Below, piece after piece: positions 33,077 to 43,355 of a stretch of 64,000 nucleotides of DNA. The translations under genes and the position numbers were made by a program. The DNA comes from a virus. Position 1 is the first letter of the stretch. The number at the start of each line of letters is the position of its first letter. The notes under the pieces were generated by a model. That model was not told the DNA's origin and searched no databases. It worked only from the letters and a program-made list of their open reading frames with translations. The stretch is taken from positions 1 to 64,000 of the IMG/VR virus record IMGVR_UViG_3300048088_000336; one strand, written 5' to 3'.

Positions 33077-35611
33077 GTGGCTGAGGATGACGTGCATATC
33101 CATGCGTCCATGGACCGTGACGTCGCCGAGGCCCTGCACGCCACTGCTGATGCCGCTGTGGAAGCCGACCGGGAGTTGGGCAAGGTCGGGCGTACCGGGG
33201 AGAAAGCCGGTGAAGAACTCGACGCGGGGATGGACAAGGCCAAGAACTCCACCCAGCGGACCCGCAATGCTCTAGGTCAGTTCGTGGCGGCGGCGAACGC
33301 GGCCGGGAATGCGGCGACGTCGTCGGGCGCGAAGGCGGGGGCCGCCAGTCTCGGGTACACGAAGCTCGGCAGCTCCGTGAAGGGCGCTACGCAGGCCATC
33401 AACTCGTCGAATACTGGTGGCAAGAAGCAGGTCACGACGCTGGAGTCGTGGGCGAAGTCCGCCGATAAGGCGAGCAAGGCCACGGGTGGCCTGAAGTCGA
33501 TGATGATGCTGATCAAGTGGGGAACGATCCTCACGGGTGGTCAGGCCGTCGTCGGCATGCTGGTGAGTTTGGGTGCGGGCGCGGTCATGGCTGTGGGGCA
33601 CATGGCGCCGTTGGTGGGGGTGCTGGGGGCGCTCGGTCCGGCTGGGTTCCTCGCGGCGGCCAGCCTCAGCCTATTCAAGATCATCGGGCCGGATGTGGGT
33701 GCGATCCTGCGCCCGTTGACCAACGACTTCAAAGCCATGCGCCTGGAGATCTCCCAGGCCCTGGTGCCCGGCCTGCAAACCTTCAACCGGGAGATCCACG
33801 ACCGGCTGATCCCCACCCTGCACACCGGCCTGGTGTCCCTGGGGACGTCCTTCGGCACCGCCGCCGCGCACGTCGGCGACATGGTCACCCAGGCCCGCAC
33901 CGTGAGCCAGATCGGGGTGCTGTTCCACGGCATGGACCCGATCATCCAACTTCTGGCCAACTCCCTCGGGCACGTGCTGGTCACCCTGATCGGGCTCGCG
34001 ACGGCCGCGCTGCCGATGACGACGTCGATGGCCCAGGGCCTCGACCGGGTGACCACGAAACTCGACGCGTGGGCCAAACGCATGGAGGACAGCGGCAAGG
34101 CCCAAGCGTTCATGTCGCGGGCCTGGAATCAGATGAAGAACGACGGGAAAATCCTGGAGGACTTCATCGTCGGGCTGTACCACATTTTCGCGATCGCGGG
34201 CGGGGTCGCCCGGGATCAGCTCGGCGGCGGCATGGAGTCGGCGGCGGCGAAGTTCCGGGCGTGGACAACATCAGCCGACGGTGCGAAGCGGATCACCCAG
34301 TTCTTCCTTGACGCCATGCCGATCTTGCGGGAGACGGGTCTGCTGCTGCTGGCGCTCCTGCACGGGATCAGCGGGATCGGCACCAACCCTCAGGTCGCCG
34401 CCCTGATCGCGCAGATCCGCACGGAGCTGCTCCCGGCCCTGGGGGCGCTGTTCCACAACCTGTCCGGCGCCAGTTCCGGCGGGTTCGGTTCGGCCCTGGT
34501 CACGGCGTTCACGCAGATCGCCCTGGCCTTGTCGAAGATCCCTCTGGGTGGCTTGACCGACATCATCAAGGCGATCGGTGCACTAGCGGCGGTGATCTTG
34601 TGGCTGGTGAGCAACGTGCCCGGACTGGGGCCCGCGATCGGGATCTTCCTGACTTTGTTCACGGTGTTCGGGGCGGGCGCGAAGGTCACCAGTGTGATCT
34701 TGAAGGCCTTCGACAAGGTTGAGAGCATCCTGAAGTTCGCCAAGGCGACCAGTGCTCTGGGGCTCGTCCTGAAATGGATTGCACCGATCCTCGACGGGGC
34801 CGCGTGGGCGATCAAGGGCGTGGGCACGGCGATCGCGTTCGCCTGGGACGCCAGTCCCATCGGGATGATCGTATTGGGCATCACCGCCCTAGTGTTGATC
34901 TTCATCTACCTGTGGAACAAGTACGCGTGGTTCCGTGACGGGGTCAAAGCCATCGGCGCGGCCGTCGTCGATGCGTTCATCTGGATGGCCAAGGCGGCTG
35001 CCGCCCCGTTCGTCGAACTCTGGAACCTGATCAAGGACACCTACAATCTGATCGCCAGAGGCTGGAACTCGATCCCCACGATCACCATCCCGTCCTGGAT
35101 CCCCCTGGTCGGCGGGACCGCGTTCACCCTGCCGAAAATGCCGCTGCTCGCTGAGGGTGGCGTCATCGAGCACAGCATGGCCATCGTGGGCGAGCAGGGC
35201 CCGGAAGCCCTCGTGCGGGGCGGGCAGTTCCTGGGCATGGTCGGCATGAACGGCCCGGAGCTGCGCACCGACCTGCCCCGGGGCGGATATGTGGTGCCCA
35301 ACCTGTCCACCCTGAACCGATTCCCGCTACTGGCCGACCGGCTCCCCTCTTCGGTCGCTGACGCGGTCGCCGGGGCCATGCCCGGTTACGGGGCGCTGCT
35401 GGCGCGCGGCAACGCCGCACCGGGTGGGGCGAACGTGTCGGTCAACGTCGACACCGGATCGGATGCGGTGGTCAACGCGATCCATGACCTGGCCGCCGCT
35501 GTCATGTCGAGCAACCGCAACCCCGTACCGCCCCCGATCGTGCCGAGGGACAACTCCCGGCTGGCCGCGATGTCGGAACGGTACAAGTACAGCTCCCCCA
35601 GGAGACCGTGA
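33077..35611 (+). CDS. Tape measure protein
   Basis: 844 aa, Ala/Gly-rich helical; ASPIGMIVLGITALV..YLWNK..FRD; LAEGG..VGEQGPE. Confidence 0.9.
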   Translation: MAEDDVHIHASMDRDVAEALHATADAAVEADRELGKVGRTGEKAGEELDAGMDKAKNSTQRTRNALGQFVAAANAAGNAATSSGAKAGAASLGYTKLGSSVKGATQAINSSNTGGKKQVTTLESWAKSADKASKATGGLKSMMMLIKWGTILTGGQAVVGMLVSLGAGAVMAVGHMAPLVGVLGALGPAGFLAAASLSLFKIIGPDVGAILRPLTNDFKAMRLEISQALVPGLQTFNREIHDRLIPTLHTGLVSLGTSFGTAAAHVGDMVTQARTVSQIGVLFHGMDPIIQLLANSLGHVLVTLIGLATAALPMTTSMAQGLDRVTTKLDAWAKRMEDSGKAQAFMSRAWNQMKNDGKILEDFIVGLYHIFAIAGGVARDQLGGGMESAAAKFRAWTTSADGAKRITQFFLDAMPILRETGLLLLALLHGISGIGTNPQVAALIAQIRTELLPALGALFHNLSGASSGGFGSALVTAFTQIALALSKIPLGGLTDIIKAIGALAAVILWLVSNVPGLGPAIGIFLTLFTVFGAGAKVTSVILKAFDKVESILKFAKATSALGLVLKWIAPILDGAAWAIKGVGTAIAFAWDASPIGMIVLGITALVLIFIYLWNKYAWFRDGVKAIGAAVVDAFIWMAKAAAAPFVELWNLIKDTYNLIARGWNSIPTITIPSWIPLVGGTAFTLPKMPLLAEGGVIEHSMAIVGEQGPEALVRGGQFLGMVGMNGPELRTDLPRGGYVVPNLSTLNRFPLLADRLPSSVADAVAGAMPGYGALLARGNAAPGGANVSVNVDTGSDAVVNAIHDLAAAVMSSNRNPVPPPIVPRDNSRLAAMSERYKYSSPRRP

Positions 35612-36312
35612 TGGCACTGGCTGTGATCCGGGACCCCGTGAGCGGGGTGAACTTCACCGGCGTGCCCGGACGGCGGGCCTATTTGATAACAGAGGACGGG
35701 GCCCTGTCGTTCTCTTTCGATTTCGCCCCCCCGGTAATCGAATACTCGGTGCTGGAGCAGGACTGGGTGCAGGTCGAACGGGTCGGGCTGGTCCCGTTGC
35801 TGGTGCGCAAAGCCGACAAACTGGAGACGATCAAGTTCTCGGTCAATCTGGGGGGCAAGGACGGGGACTTCTACGCCGATCAGGGCCCGCACATCGTGGC
35901 CCTGAAGGCGGTGGTGAAGTCCCGGGCGCGAGTGATGATGCGCTACTCCGATCATGAGGCCGGGCTGTGGCGGATCACGACCGCGTCGATCTCCTCGGTA
36001 CTGCGCGACCCGGACACCAACGGCATCATCCGGGCGACCGCTGACATCACCATGACCCAGGCCAGTGAGATCGCTCCCGGTGTCGGGCCGGTGTCGGCTC
36101 CTGCGGCACCGCAACCGGTCGCTCCCGCCGCAGCGGCGAGCACAGCCCCGGCACGGACGTACACGGTGGCGGCGGGGGACACGCTGTGGGGGATCGCGCA
36201 GAAGTTCTACAACAACGGCAACCGCTGGCCGGTCATTTTCGACGCGAACCGGGACAAGGTCGCCTCCCCGCAGACCCTGGCCATCGGCACACAGTTGATC
36301 ATCCCACCGTAG
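35611..36312 (+). CDS. Tail tube initiator/baseplate protein with C-terminal LysM
   Basis: YTVAAGDTLWGIAQKFYNNGNRWPVIFDAN; follows the tape measure. Confidence 0.85.
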   Translation: MALAVIRDPVSGVNFTGVPGRRAYLITEDGALSFSFDFAPPVIEYSVLEQDWVQVERVGLVPLLVRKADKLETIKFSVNLGGKDGDFYADQGPHIVALKAVVKSRARVMMRYSDHEAGLWRITTASISSVLRDPDTNGIIRATADITMTQASEIAPGVGPVSAPAAPQPVAPAAAASTAPARTYTVAAGDTLWGIAQKFYNNGNRWPVIFDANRDKVASPQTLAIGTQLIIPP

Positions 36313-36321
36313 GAGGTTGCC

Positions 36322-36504
36322 ATGCCCTGGTACAACGGTCTCGGCGCGCTGCTCGTCGGCATCATTCTCGTCGTCGTCAACTCGTACCTGCCGCCACCGC
36401 TATCCACCTTGTGCTACATCGTGGGGATCATCCTGGCGATCGTCGGGCTGATCCTGCTGGTGCTCGGTCTCATCCGGGGCCCCGGCCCGTTCACGCGAGT
36501 CTGA
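36322..36504 (+). CDS. Small two-TM membrane protein
   Basis: SD AGGAGG; hydrophobic 60 aa. Confidence 0.75.
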   Translation: MPWYNGLGALLVGIILVVVNSYLPPPLSTLCYIVGIILAIVGLILLVLGLIRGPGPFTRV

Positions 36505-36935
36505 CCGCCCCACTATAGAAAACGTCGAGGGCAGTTTGCGATGACGACCAGGCCTGCCGGTGCGCCGGGTGTCGGCATGCCACGAAGGCAGCGCTGCCGC
36601 TGGCTTCGGCGCGGATCCCCGCTTGCGTGGCGCGACGTGCAGCCACGCGAGCAGGGCATCCAAACCAACCTGGTTAGCCACAACGCGGCCGGGGAATCGC
36701 GGCGAAGCACTGCGGTTCAGGATCGACCGGCGCGTCGAGGCAGCCGAATGCTCCGGCGTGTTCGGCGAGGGCGAGATCATTCCATTCGCGGAGTGCCGCG
36801 TGGGCACGGGCGGGTGGGGACTGTTCACAGGGTGGATTCATCCACAAAGGCGACCATGCCCATAACAACGAAGGCAATCACCTACAGGTGTCCCATTTGT
36901 GGCACTCTGCGTGACCAGCGTGTCGTTGAGGTGAC

Positions 36936-38804
36936 GTGATGGCCGCAGGTCAGATCCATCTCACCGGACCCCAGGTCGCCGCGCTCGTCGCCGAGGTGAA
37001 CTTCCCCCCACAAGATCGCGTAACCATGGTGGCGATCGCTAAAGCCGAGTCCGGCTGGACCGTCGATGCGATCAACACCGCCAACTCCAACGGATCCGTC
37101 GACCGGGGCCTATTTCAGATCAACAGTGTGCACTCGCAATACAATGCACAACAGCTACTTTCCGACCCCCGCTACAACACCCAGGCCGCGAAAGACATCT
37201 ACGATTCCCAGGGCCTGCAAGCATGGTCGACCTACAACGCGGGCGCCCAAACCCCGTACATGGCTGAGTCCGCGCAAGCCGTCGCCAACGCCGGGGGGCT
37301 CACCGGACTGCCCCCGGTGGCCGGATCCGACCCGGCGAGCCAAACCGTGGTCTACGGGCCGCCCGGTGGGGAGGAAGTTCGGGCGGGTAAGGCGTTCCCG
37401 CTGGAGTTCAACACCCCCACCGCCGACGGGTCGATCGGGGTGCTGCGCATCATGGGCACTCAGATCGCCGACAGCATCGGCATGAAGATCATAAACGAGC
37501 CGACGTTCCGGGCCGCCATGGATCAAGTCCCGCACATCACCATGAGCGTCATCGACCCCGGCTTCACCCAATCGAGCGCGAAACTGTTCACTCCCGGCAA
37601 CCTCGTCACCTGGCGCGACGCCATCCTGCGCACCGACACCGTCGCCTACGTGCCCGGCGACCACGGGCAGGGAGAAGCCGACGTCACCGCCGAAGACGAC
37701 ATCGTCCACGCGCTGAAACAGCTACGCGGACCGCACACCGCATCCAACATCGACGCCGTCACCTGGCTGTTCCAAGAGATCTCCACCGTCGGCTACGACC
37801 CCACGAAGTTCCTCCTCGGCGAGTCCGTGCCCACCCAAACCACCATCGCCCGCGACGTGTGGGACCCGTCCATGGGTGTCGTCGCCGACACCGAGTTCCC
37901 CTCGGCGTGGACTACCGTCGTGCGCCTCGCCCGCGAACTCGGAAAATGGGTGTTCATCTCCGGGCGTCGCATCATCTTCGGCTCCGCCCAGTTCGCGATG
38001 GCGTGGGCCGCCGCCGCGCCCGTGCGCATCGGCTGGGTTGGCGCCCCCCCGGAGGAGATGTTCATCGACATCCCCACCACCGTGCGGGCCACCATCGCCG
38101 ACCGGGTACAAACCTTGCAGGTCAAAGGCCGGGTACCGCACGCCCGCGCCGCGCTGTTCCGCCCCGGTGTGCCCGTGGACTGCTACGGGGTCATGGGCGT
38201 CGACAACACCCCGTCGATCAACCCAGCGAACACGTTCGCCGCCCCCATCCGCATGATGGTCAGCGACATCGAGCACGTGCTCGCCACCGACACCGACGGC
38301 GCCGACGTCACCCTCATCGAACCCGTCAACCCCATCCCCCAGCCACCCGGTTCGACGAACAACCCCAACGCGCCGGGCGGGCCCGGTGGGGCGGTCGGGG
38401 TCACCGGTGGCGGGGCGGACGGGCAGATCGAGACGTTCGTCCGCAACGCGCTACAGGAGACCGGCAAAACCTACGTCTACGGCGCAACCCCGGCCGCATC
38501 AGACCCGGACCCGCGCGCCTTCGACTGCTCAAGCCTCGTGCAGTGGGCCGCGACCCGCGCGGGGATCCCCAACGTGCCCCGCACCTCGGAGCAGCAGATC
38601 GCCGCCTGCGACCTGATCAGCGTGCCGACCGCCATCAACACGAGAGGCGCGCTCCTGCACCAACCCGGGCACATCGCCATCTCACTGGGCAACGGCCGCA
38701 CCATTGAGGCCTCCCAGGACGGGGTGCCCGTCGGGCAGCTCAACGCCACCGGCCGCAGTTGGGATCAGGGCGGCAAACTGCGGGGCGCGAAGGGCTACCT
38801 GTGA
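36936..38804 (+). CDS. Baseplate hub with N-terminal lysozyme-like and C-terminal NlpC/P60 domains
   Basis: VAIAKAESG..N.NGSVDRGLFQINSVH; YVYGA..FDCSSLVQWA..PRTS..GHIAISLG. Confidence 0.88.
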   Translation: MMAAGQIHLTGPQVAALVAEVNFPPQDRVTMVAIAKAESGWTVDAINTANSNGSVDRGLFQINSVHSQYNAQQLLSDPRYNTQAAKDIYDSQGLQAWSTYNAGAQTPYMAESAQAVANAGGLTGLPPVAGSDPASQTVVYGPPGGEEVRAGKAFPLEFNTPTADGSIGVLRIMGTQIADSIGMKIINEPTFRAAMDQVPHITMSVIDPGFTQSSAKLFTPGNLVTWRDAILRTDTVAYVPGDHGQGEADVTAEDDIVHALKQLRGPHTASNIDAVTWLFQEISTVGYDPTKFLLGESVPTQTTIARDVWDPSMGVVADTEFPSAWTTVVRLARELGKWVFISGRRIIFGSAQFAMAWAAAAPVRIGWVGAPPEEMFIDIPTTVRATIADRVQTLQVKGRVPHARAALFRPGVPVDCYGVMGVDNTPSINPANTFAAPIRMMVSDIEHVLATDTDGADVTLIEPVNPIPQPPGSTNNPNAPGGPGGAVGVTGGGADGQIETFVRNALQETGKTYVYGATPAASDPDPRAFDCSSLVQWAATRAGIPNVPRTSEQQIAACDLISVPTAINTRGALLHQPGHIAISLGNGRTIEASQDGVPVGQLNATGRSWDQGGKLRGAKGYL

Positions 38805-39784
38805 GCATGCAACTGGCCGACTTCGGCACCACGCATCGGGCGATCGTCATCTCGACCACCGCTCAGGGTGTCATCGTGGAGATCCCCACCCTGGCACCGA
38901 ACGCCCCTTGGGGTCCGATCCCGACGTGCGTACCGAACCTCGCGGCGGGTGAGGCGGTGATCGTCACCCAGATCTCCACCTCCCGCGACACCATGATCGT
39001 GATTGGACGGTCGCCGGGCCGGGCCCCGACCATCGGGGAGATCCCCTCCCTGGCGACCACCCTGGCCGCGATCACCGGCGCGGCGACCGCTCTGACGACA
39101 CGGGTCGGCACCGATGAAGGACTGATCGTCGCTAGCGGGTCCGCGATCACCGCCCTCCAAAGTCGGGCGACCACCGATGAGGGCCTGATTAACGGCAACA
39201 CCTCGGCGATCACCGCGCTACAAAGCAGGGCGACCACCGACGAAGGACTCATCACCACCAACACCACCGCGATCGCCACCACCAACACGGCCGCCACCGC
39301 GTTGACCACACGGGTCACCACCCTGGAGGACACGACCCGCATCGGCGCCACCCGATACGTCTTCCAGGCCGCCGACATTCAGATCAACAACACCACCACC
39401 CCCCAAGCAACCAGCCTGACCCTGCCGGTGATCGCGGGCGCCACCTACGAATGGGAAGCGTTGCTCATCGTCGACTCGCTCCCGGCCGCCAACTGCAAAA
39501 TCACGTTCGTGGTGCCCACCGGCACCTCCAACCCGCGCGTCGCCCCCTGGTTCTCCGGCGACCCCGCAGGCAACGCCGCGATCTGGCACGACGTGTTCGA
39601 CGGGCCCTCCTACGTGATGGGCGCCAAAACCGGTGGCGGCATGATGAGTTCCCGACCCGCTGGCGGGGTCATCATCGGGGCCACAGCGGGCAGCTTCGCC
39701 ATCCAGTACGGGCAGAACGTCTCCGACGTATCCCTCGTGGTGTTCAAAGCCGGATCGAAGCTGAAGATGACTCGGGTGTCCTGA
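38801..39784 (+). CDS. Baseplate spike-like protein extended by a repeat stalk and C-terminal head
   Basis: OB-fold-like N-terminus (HRAIV..VEIPTL..WGP..GEAVIV); 21-aa repeats. Confidence 0.65.
   Translation: MSMQLADFGTTHRAIVISTTAQGVIVEIPTLAPNAPWGPIPTCVPNLAAGEAVIVTQISTSRDTMIVIGRSPGRAPTIGEIPSLATTLAAITGAATALTTRVGTDEGLIVASGSAITALQSRATTDEGLINGNTSAITALQSRATTDEGLITTNTTAIATTNTAATALTTRVTTLEDTTRIGATRYVFQAADIQINNTTTPQATSLTLPVIAGATYEWEALLIVDSLPAANCKITFVVPTGTSNPRVAPWFSGDPAGNAAIWHDVFDGPSYVMGAKTGGGMMSSRPAGGVIIGATAGSFAIQYGQNVSDVSLVVFKAGSKLKMTRVS
39098..39330 (+). repeat. About three 63-nt (21-aa) tandem repeats, xRATTDEGLIxxNTSAITALQ
   Basis: TDEGLI occurs three times at 21-aa spacing. Confidence 0.8.
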
Positions 39785-39832
39785 TCAGCGCGCCCCCCGG
39801 ATCGGCGCCGCGCGACATGCCAGGATGCCCGC

Positions 39833-40141
39833 GTGGCTGCCGTCTGGGATTTTCCCTTCACGCTAGGGCCGGGCGGGGCCGTAGCCGTGGTCGACCAGGA
39901 CTCCGACCGGGACATCGAGAATTTGATCGCCGCCGCCCTCTACACGCGCCCCGGTGAACGCATCCAAGCACCCACGTTCGGGATCTCCGACCCGGCGTTC
40001 GTCGGCTGGGAGGCCCCCTCATTGAACCGGCACCTGCTCGATTTCGGACCGCACGTCGACGTGACCTCCGTTGTCGTGGCCCGGCGTGAGGACGGCCGCG
40101 AAGAGGTCACCGTGTCCTGGCAGCGGAAAGAGTCCACGTGA
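39833..40141 (+). CDS. Baseplate wedge protein (gp25/gpW-like)
   Basis: FPFTL..V.VDQDS..TRPGER..P.FG. Confidence 0.8.
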   Translation: MAAVWDFPFTLGPGGAVAVVDQDSDRDIENLIAAALYTRPGERIQAPTFGISDPAFVGWEAPSLNRHLLDFGPHVDVTSVVVARREDGREEVTVSWQRKEST

Positions 40142-41847
40142 GCGCCCCCCTGATCCGGCCACCCGTCGACCTGGGTGCCTACGTCGACCTACGCATTTTC
40201 GACGTCCCCGACCAGGACCTGATCTCAGCGATGATCGCCTACTACGGGATCGTCAACCCCGGATGGGTGCCCCGGGAGGGCAACACCGAGGTCCTGCTCA
40301 TGGAAGCGATCGCCCTGGCGATCGCCGAGAACGTCGCCACGATCAACCGGCTCCCGGGCGCGGTCGTTGAAGCTGTCCTGCACCTCGCTGGAGTGGACCG
40401 CGACTTCGGTGCCCCCGCGATCGGCACCGCCACCATCAACCTCGCAGACGGCCTCGGGTACACCATCCCGACCGGTACCCGCTTCTACCTGCCGCTGGCT
40501 ACGGGCACGGTCGTGTTCCTGGCGCAAGCACCGGATACGCAGATCGCGGCCGGGGCGACCAGCGCCACGATCAACCTCATCTCCCAGATCAACACCGCCG
40601 CCGCCAACGGGGTCACCACCGGTACCCGTCTCGTGCTCGCCGACCAGTTGTCCATGGTGCAGACCGTTGTGTTGGCGTCGACAGTGTCGAGTGGTCGGGA
40701 CCCGGAAACCGACGCGGCGTGGCGCGACCGGGGTGTGGCCCGCCTGAAGCGACTTTCGGACGCTCTTGTGGTCCCAGCACAATTCAATGCGTTCATCGAC
40801 GAGGATGTGCGCATCGGGCGCGTGATGACCGTCGATTTGTGGGACGGGTCTGTGGGCTCACCACATACACCGGGCGCGGACCCCGGTCACATCACCTGCT
40901 GTGTGCTGGATCCGACAGGGCTCACGCTGGGCACCCCGGACCTCACCGACCTCCAGGCGCAGGCGCAGGCCAAAGCGGCCGCCATGCTGGCTGTGCACGT
41001 CATCAACGCCGCCTTGGACACCGCGAACATCGTGGTCACGTTCGTCACCGCAGCGGGCTACGTCGCGGCCACTGTGGCCGCCGCCATCATCACCACATTG
41101 CGCAACTACATCAATCCGCTGACCTGGGCGGCCGGGGCACCACTGCGGCACAACGAACTCGTCTCCGTCGCCGACCAGGTGCCCGGCGTGGACTACATCA
41201 CCCACGTGATGATCAACGGATCGACGTTGGACGTCACCGCGTCCTCCCCCCGGGCGCTGCCCCAGGCGGGCCTGCTCGACGTCGCCGACCCGTTCTCCGG
41301 TGGTGGCCTGGAGGATCACTTCAACTCCGACACCAGCACCATCAACACCGCCCTGTGGACCGTCGCGGGCGTGACCTCCATCGTCACCAACCGTCTGCGC
41401 ATCACCGGGCACAGCACCTACGCCGACTCCCTGACCTCGGTGGCCAAATACAACTTCACCGGCCGACGAGTCAGCGTCAAAATCCCCACCGTGCCCGCCG
41501 CCGCCTCCGGTGAGGCTTTGCTGCGCATGACCACCGACGCCAACAACTGGCTGTCCATCGGCAAATCCGGCACCAACCTGCTGATGCGCTCCCGCGTGGC
41601 CGGATCAAACTCCGACACCACTCTCACCTACGACGCGGTCGCTCACCTGTGGATGCGCATCGCTGAAGGACCAGCGGGCACCATCACCTGGCAAACCAGT
41701 CCCGACGGTTCTGTGTGGACAACCCGCCGCACCCTGGCCACCGGCCTGCCCCCGTACGTGAGCGTCAACGTGGTCCTCATCGCGGGACACACTGTGGGTG
41801 GCGACCCCGACCAGATCTCCGAGTTCGACGATTTGACGGTGATCTAG
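40138..41847 (+). CDS. Baseplate J-like wedge protein with extra C-terminal beta-sandwich
   Basis: PREGNTEVLLMEA, IPTGTRF, SGRDPETDAAWRDR, LVSVADQVPGVDY; about 180-aa extension. Confidence 0.85.
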   Translation: MSAPLIRPPVDLGAYVDLRIFDVPDQDLISAMIAYYGIVNPGWVPREGNTEVLLMEAIALAIAENVATINRLPGAVVEAVLHLAGVDRDFGAPAIGTATINLADGLGYTIPTGTRFYLPLATGTVVFLAQAPDTQIAAGATSATINLISQINTAAANGVTTGTRLVLADQLSMVQTVVLASTVSSGRDPETDAAWRDRGVARLKRLSDALVVPAQFNAFIDEDVRIGRVMTVDLWDGSVGSPHTPGADPGHITCCVLDPTGLTLGTPDLTDLQAQAQAKAAAMLAVHVINAALDTANIVVTFVTAAGYVAATVAAAIITTLRNYINPLTWAAGAPLRHNELVSVADQVPGVDYITHVMINGSTLDVTASSPRALPQAGLLDVADPFSGGGLEDHFNSDTSTINTALWTVAGVTSIVTNRLRITGHSTYADSLTSVAKYNFTGRRVSVKIPTVPAAASGEALLRMTTDANNWLSIGKSGTNLLMRSRVAGSNSDTTLTYDAVAHLWMRIAEGPAGTITWQTSPDGSVWTTRRTLATGLPPYVSVNVVLIAGHTVGGDPDQISEFDDLTVI

Positions 41848-42131
41848 TGGACCTCACTGGTGTGATGCACGTCTTAGACCGCAACGCGTGCCGCAGTTGC
41901 CGCCGCCCCATCATGCTGGTGAAGAACATCGGCTGGCTCCACGGGGAACTCCCGCAGTACGCGCACGAGGAACCCACATGCGCTAACGCCGTTCCCGTGG
42001 ATCCGCGCTGCCCAGAGTGCGACGTACTTCAGGCCGCCGCGCAAGTACCGGGCGGACTACGCATCTCCTGGCATTCCGTGGGGGGCGTGCGCTGCTCCGG
42101 TAGCTGGGCAATTGTGGCGAGACCACAATGA
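41847..42131 (+). CDS. Small Cys-rich hypothetical protein
   Basis: CRSCRRPI..GWLH..C..CPEC; overlaps both neighbours. Confidence 0.55.
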   Translation: MDLTGVMHVLDRNACRSCRRPIMLVKNIGWLHGELPQYAHEEPTCANAVPVDPRCPECDVLQAAAQVPGGLRISWHSVGGVRCSGSWAIVARPQ

Positions 42132-43327
42132 CCACCGCGATCCCAACCCTGCCGACCGCACCGACGGTCAACCATTTCGCGCAACGCATCTTCGATCGAC
42201 TCCCGGAGGCCTACCGCACGTTCGACGCCAACTCCGGTTACCCGTTCCTGCTCTACATCGACGCCGTCACCCAAGAGTTGGGGGCGATCGACGTCGTCAT
42301 CGACCGGATCACCGGGCAGCGCCCGGTCGGTCCGGCGACCCCCATTCCGTGGTCGTTGCACCCCTCGGCGTTGGCCGACTACAACGCCAACCGGGTCCTG
42401 CGGCTGTCCGAGCTGGCCGATCCCCTGGTGGCGGACGCGGCGTGGCTACCGTGGCTGGTGCAACTCGTCGGCGGGCACCTTGATCCGGCCGCGTCGGTGG
42501 CGGAGCAGCGGGACACGATCCGCTACGCCACCTCGGGGTGGCAGGCGGGCACGATCTCCAGCATCGAGTACGCCGCCCGCTCGGCTCTGACCGGTAGCCA
42601 GTACGCGAAGTGCATCCCGCACATGACCGACGGCGGCGCGGCCGGTGGCCCGTGGGATGTGGCGATCATGACCAGGTCGTCGGAAACCCCGGACCCCAGT
42701 GCGGTGATCGGCGCGATCCTGCGCAAGGGCGTGAAACCGGCCGGGGTGATCCTGCACCTGGTGCCGTTCGGGGCGTCGTGGGACATGCTGGAGTCCGCGC
42801 GGCCGATCTGGGACCTGTGGGAGACCGACACGGTCGGGCCGGTCACCTGGGACCGACTGGCGGACACGGGACTGTCCTACGCTGACGTGCCCGGCAACCT
42901 CGTGCCCAACGCCTCCTACGAGGTCAACGTCACCGGTTGGACAGCGGGGTCGAACACCACCGACACGTGGCTGGCTGGGGGTGTCGACGGGCTCGGACAG
43001 GCCACCGTGCACGCCACGGCGGCCGGACAAATCAAGATCACGTCCTCGACGTTCCCGGTTACCGCAGCCCTGGACTACCGCAGCTCGTGCGCCGTGAAAC
43101 CCGGCAATGCCCGCACCGCCCGGCAGATCCGCACCTGGTCAACCGGTGCCACGGCCACCAGCCCCGATTTCGTTCTCCCCGCTGGGGTGTGGACGCGGAT
43201 GCCGACGCACACTGTCACCGCGCCGACCGGGGCGACGACGGCGAGTGTCGCGTTGCAGGTCGACGGCATGGGCGTAGGGGAAACCCTGGCGTTGGACGCG
43301 TGGGATGCGCGGCAGTACCACGGTTAA
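42128..43327 (+). CDS. Baseplate gpI-like tail protein with carbohydrate-binding-like C-terminus
   Basis: LPEAYR..D, DAAWLPWLVQLVG, KPAGVIL; NLVPNASYE..GW domain. Confidence 0.8.
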   Translation: MTTAIPTLPTAPTVNHFAQRIFDRLPEAYRTFDANSGYPFLLYIDAVTQELGAIDVVIDRITGQRPVGPATPIPWSLHPSALADYNANRVLRLSELADPLVADAAWLPWLVQLVGGHLDPAASVAEQRDTIRYATSGWQAGTISSIEYAARSALTGSQYAKCIPHMTDGGAAGGPWDVAIMTRSSETPDPSAVIGAILRKGVKPAGVILHLVPFGASWDMLESARPIWDLWETDTVGPVTWDRLADTGLSYADVPGNLVPNASYEVNVTGWTAGSNTTDTWLAGGVDGLGQATVHATAAGQIKITSSTFPVTAALDYRSSCAVKPGNARTARQIRTWSTGATATSPDFVLPAGVWTRMPTHTVTAPTGATTASVALQVDGMGVGETLALDAWDARQYHG

Positions 43328-43355
43328 GTCGGGGTGCCCCGATAGACTTCCCACT

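Noticed and set aside
39098-39330. CRISPR-like or non-coding repeat array
   Set aside because: The repeats are in-frame 63-nt coding units with synonymous variation and no unique spacers.
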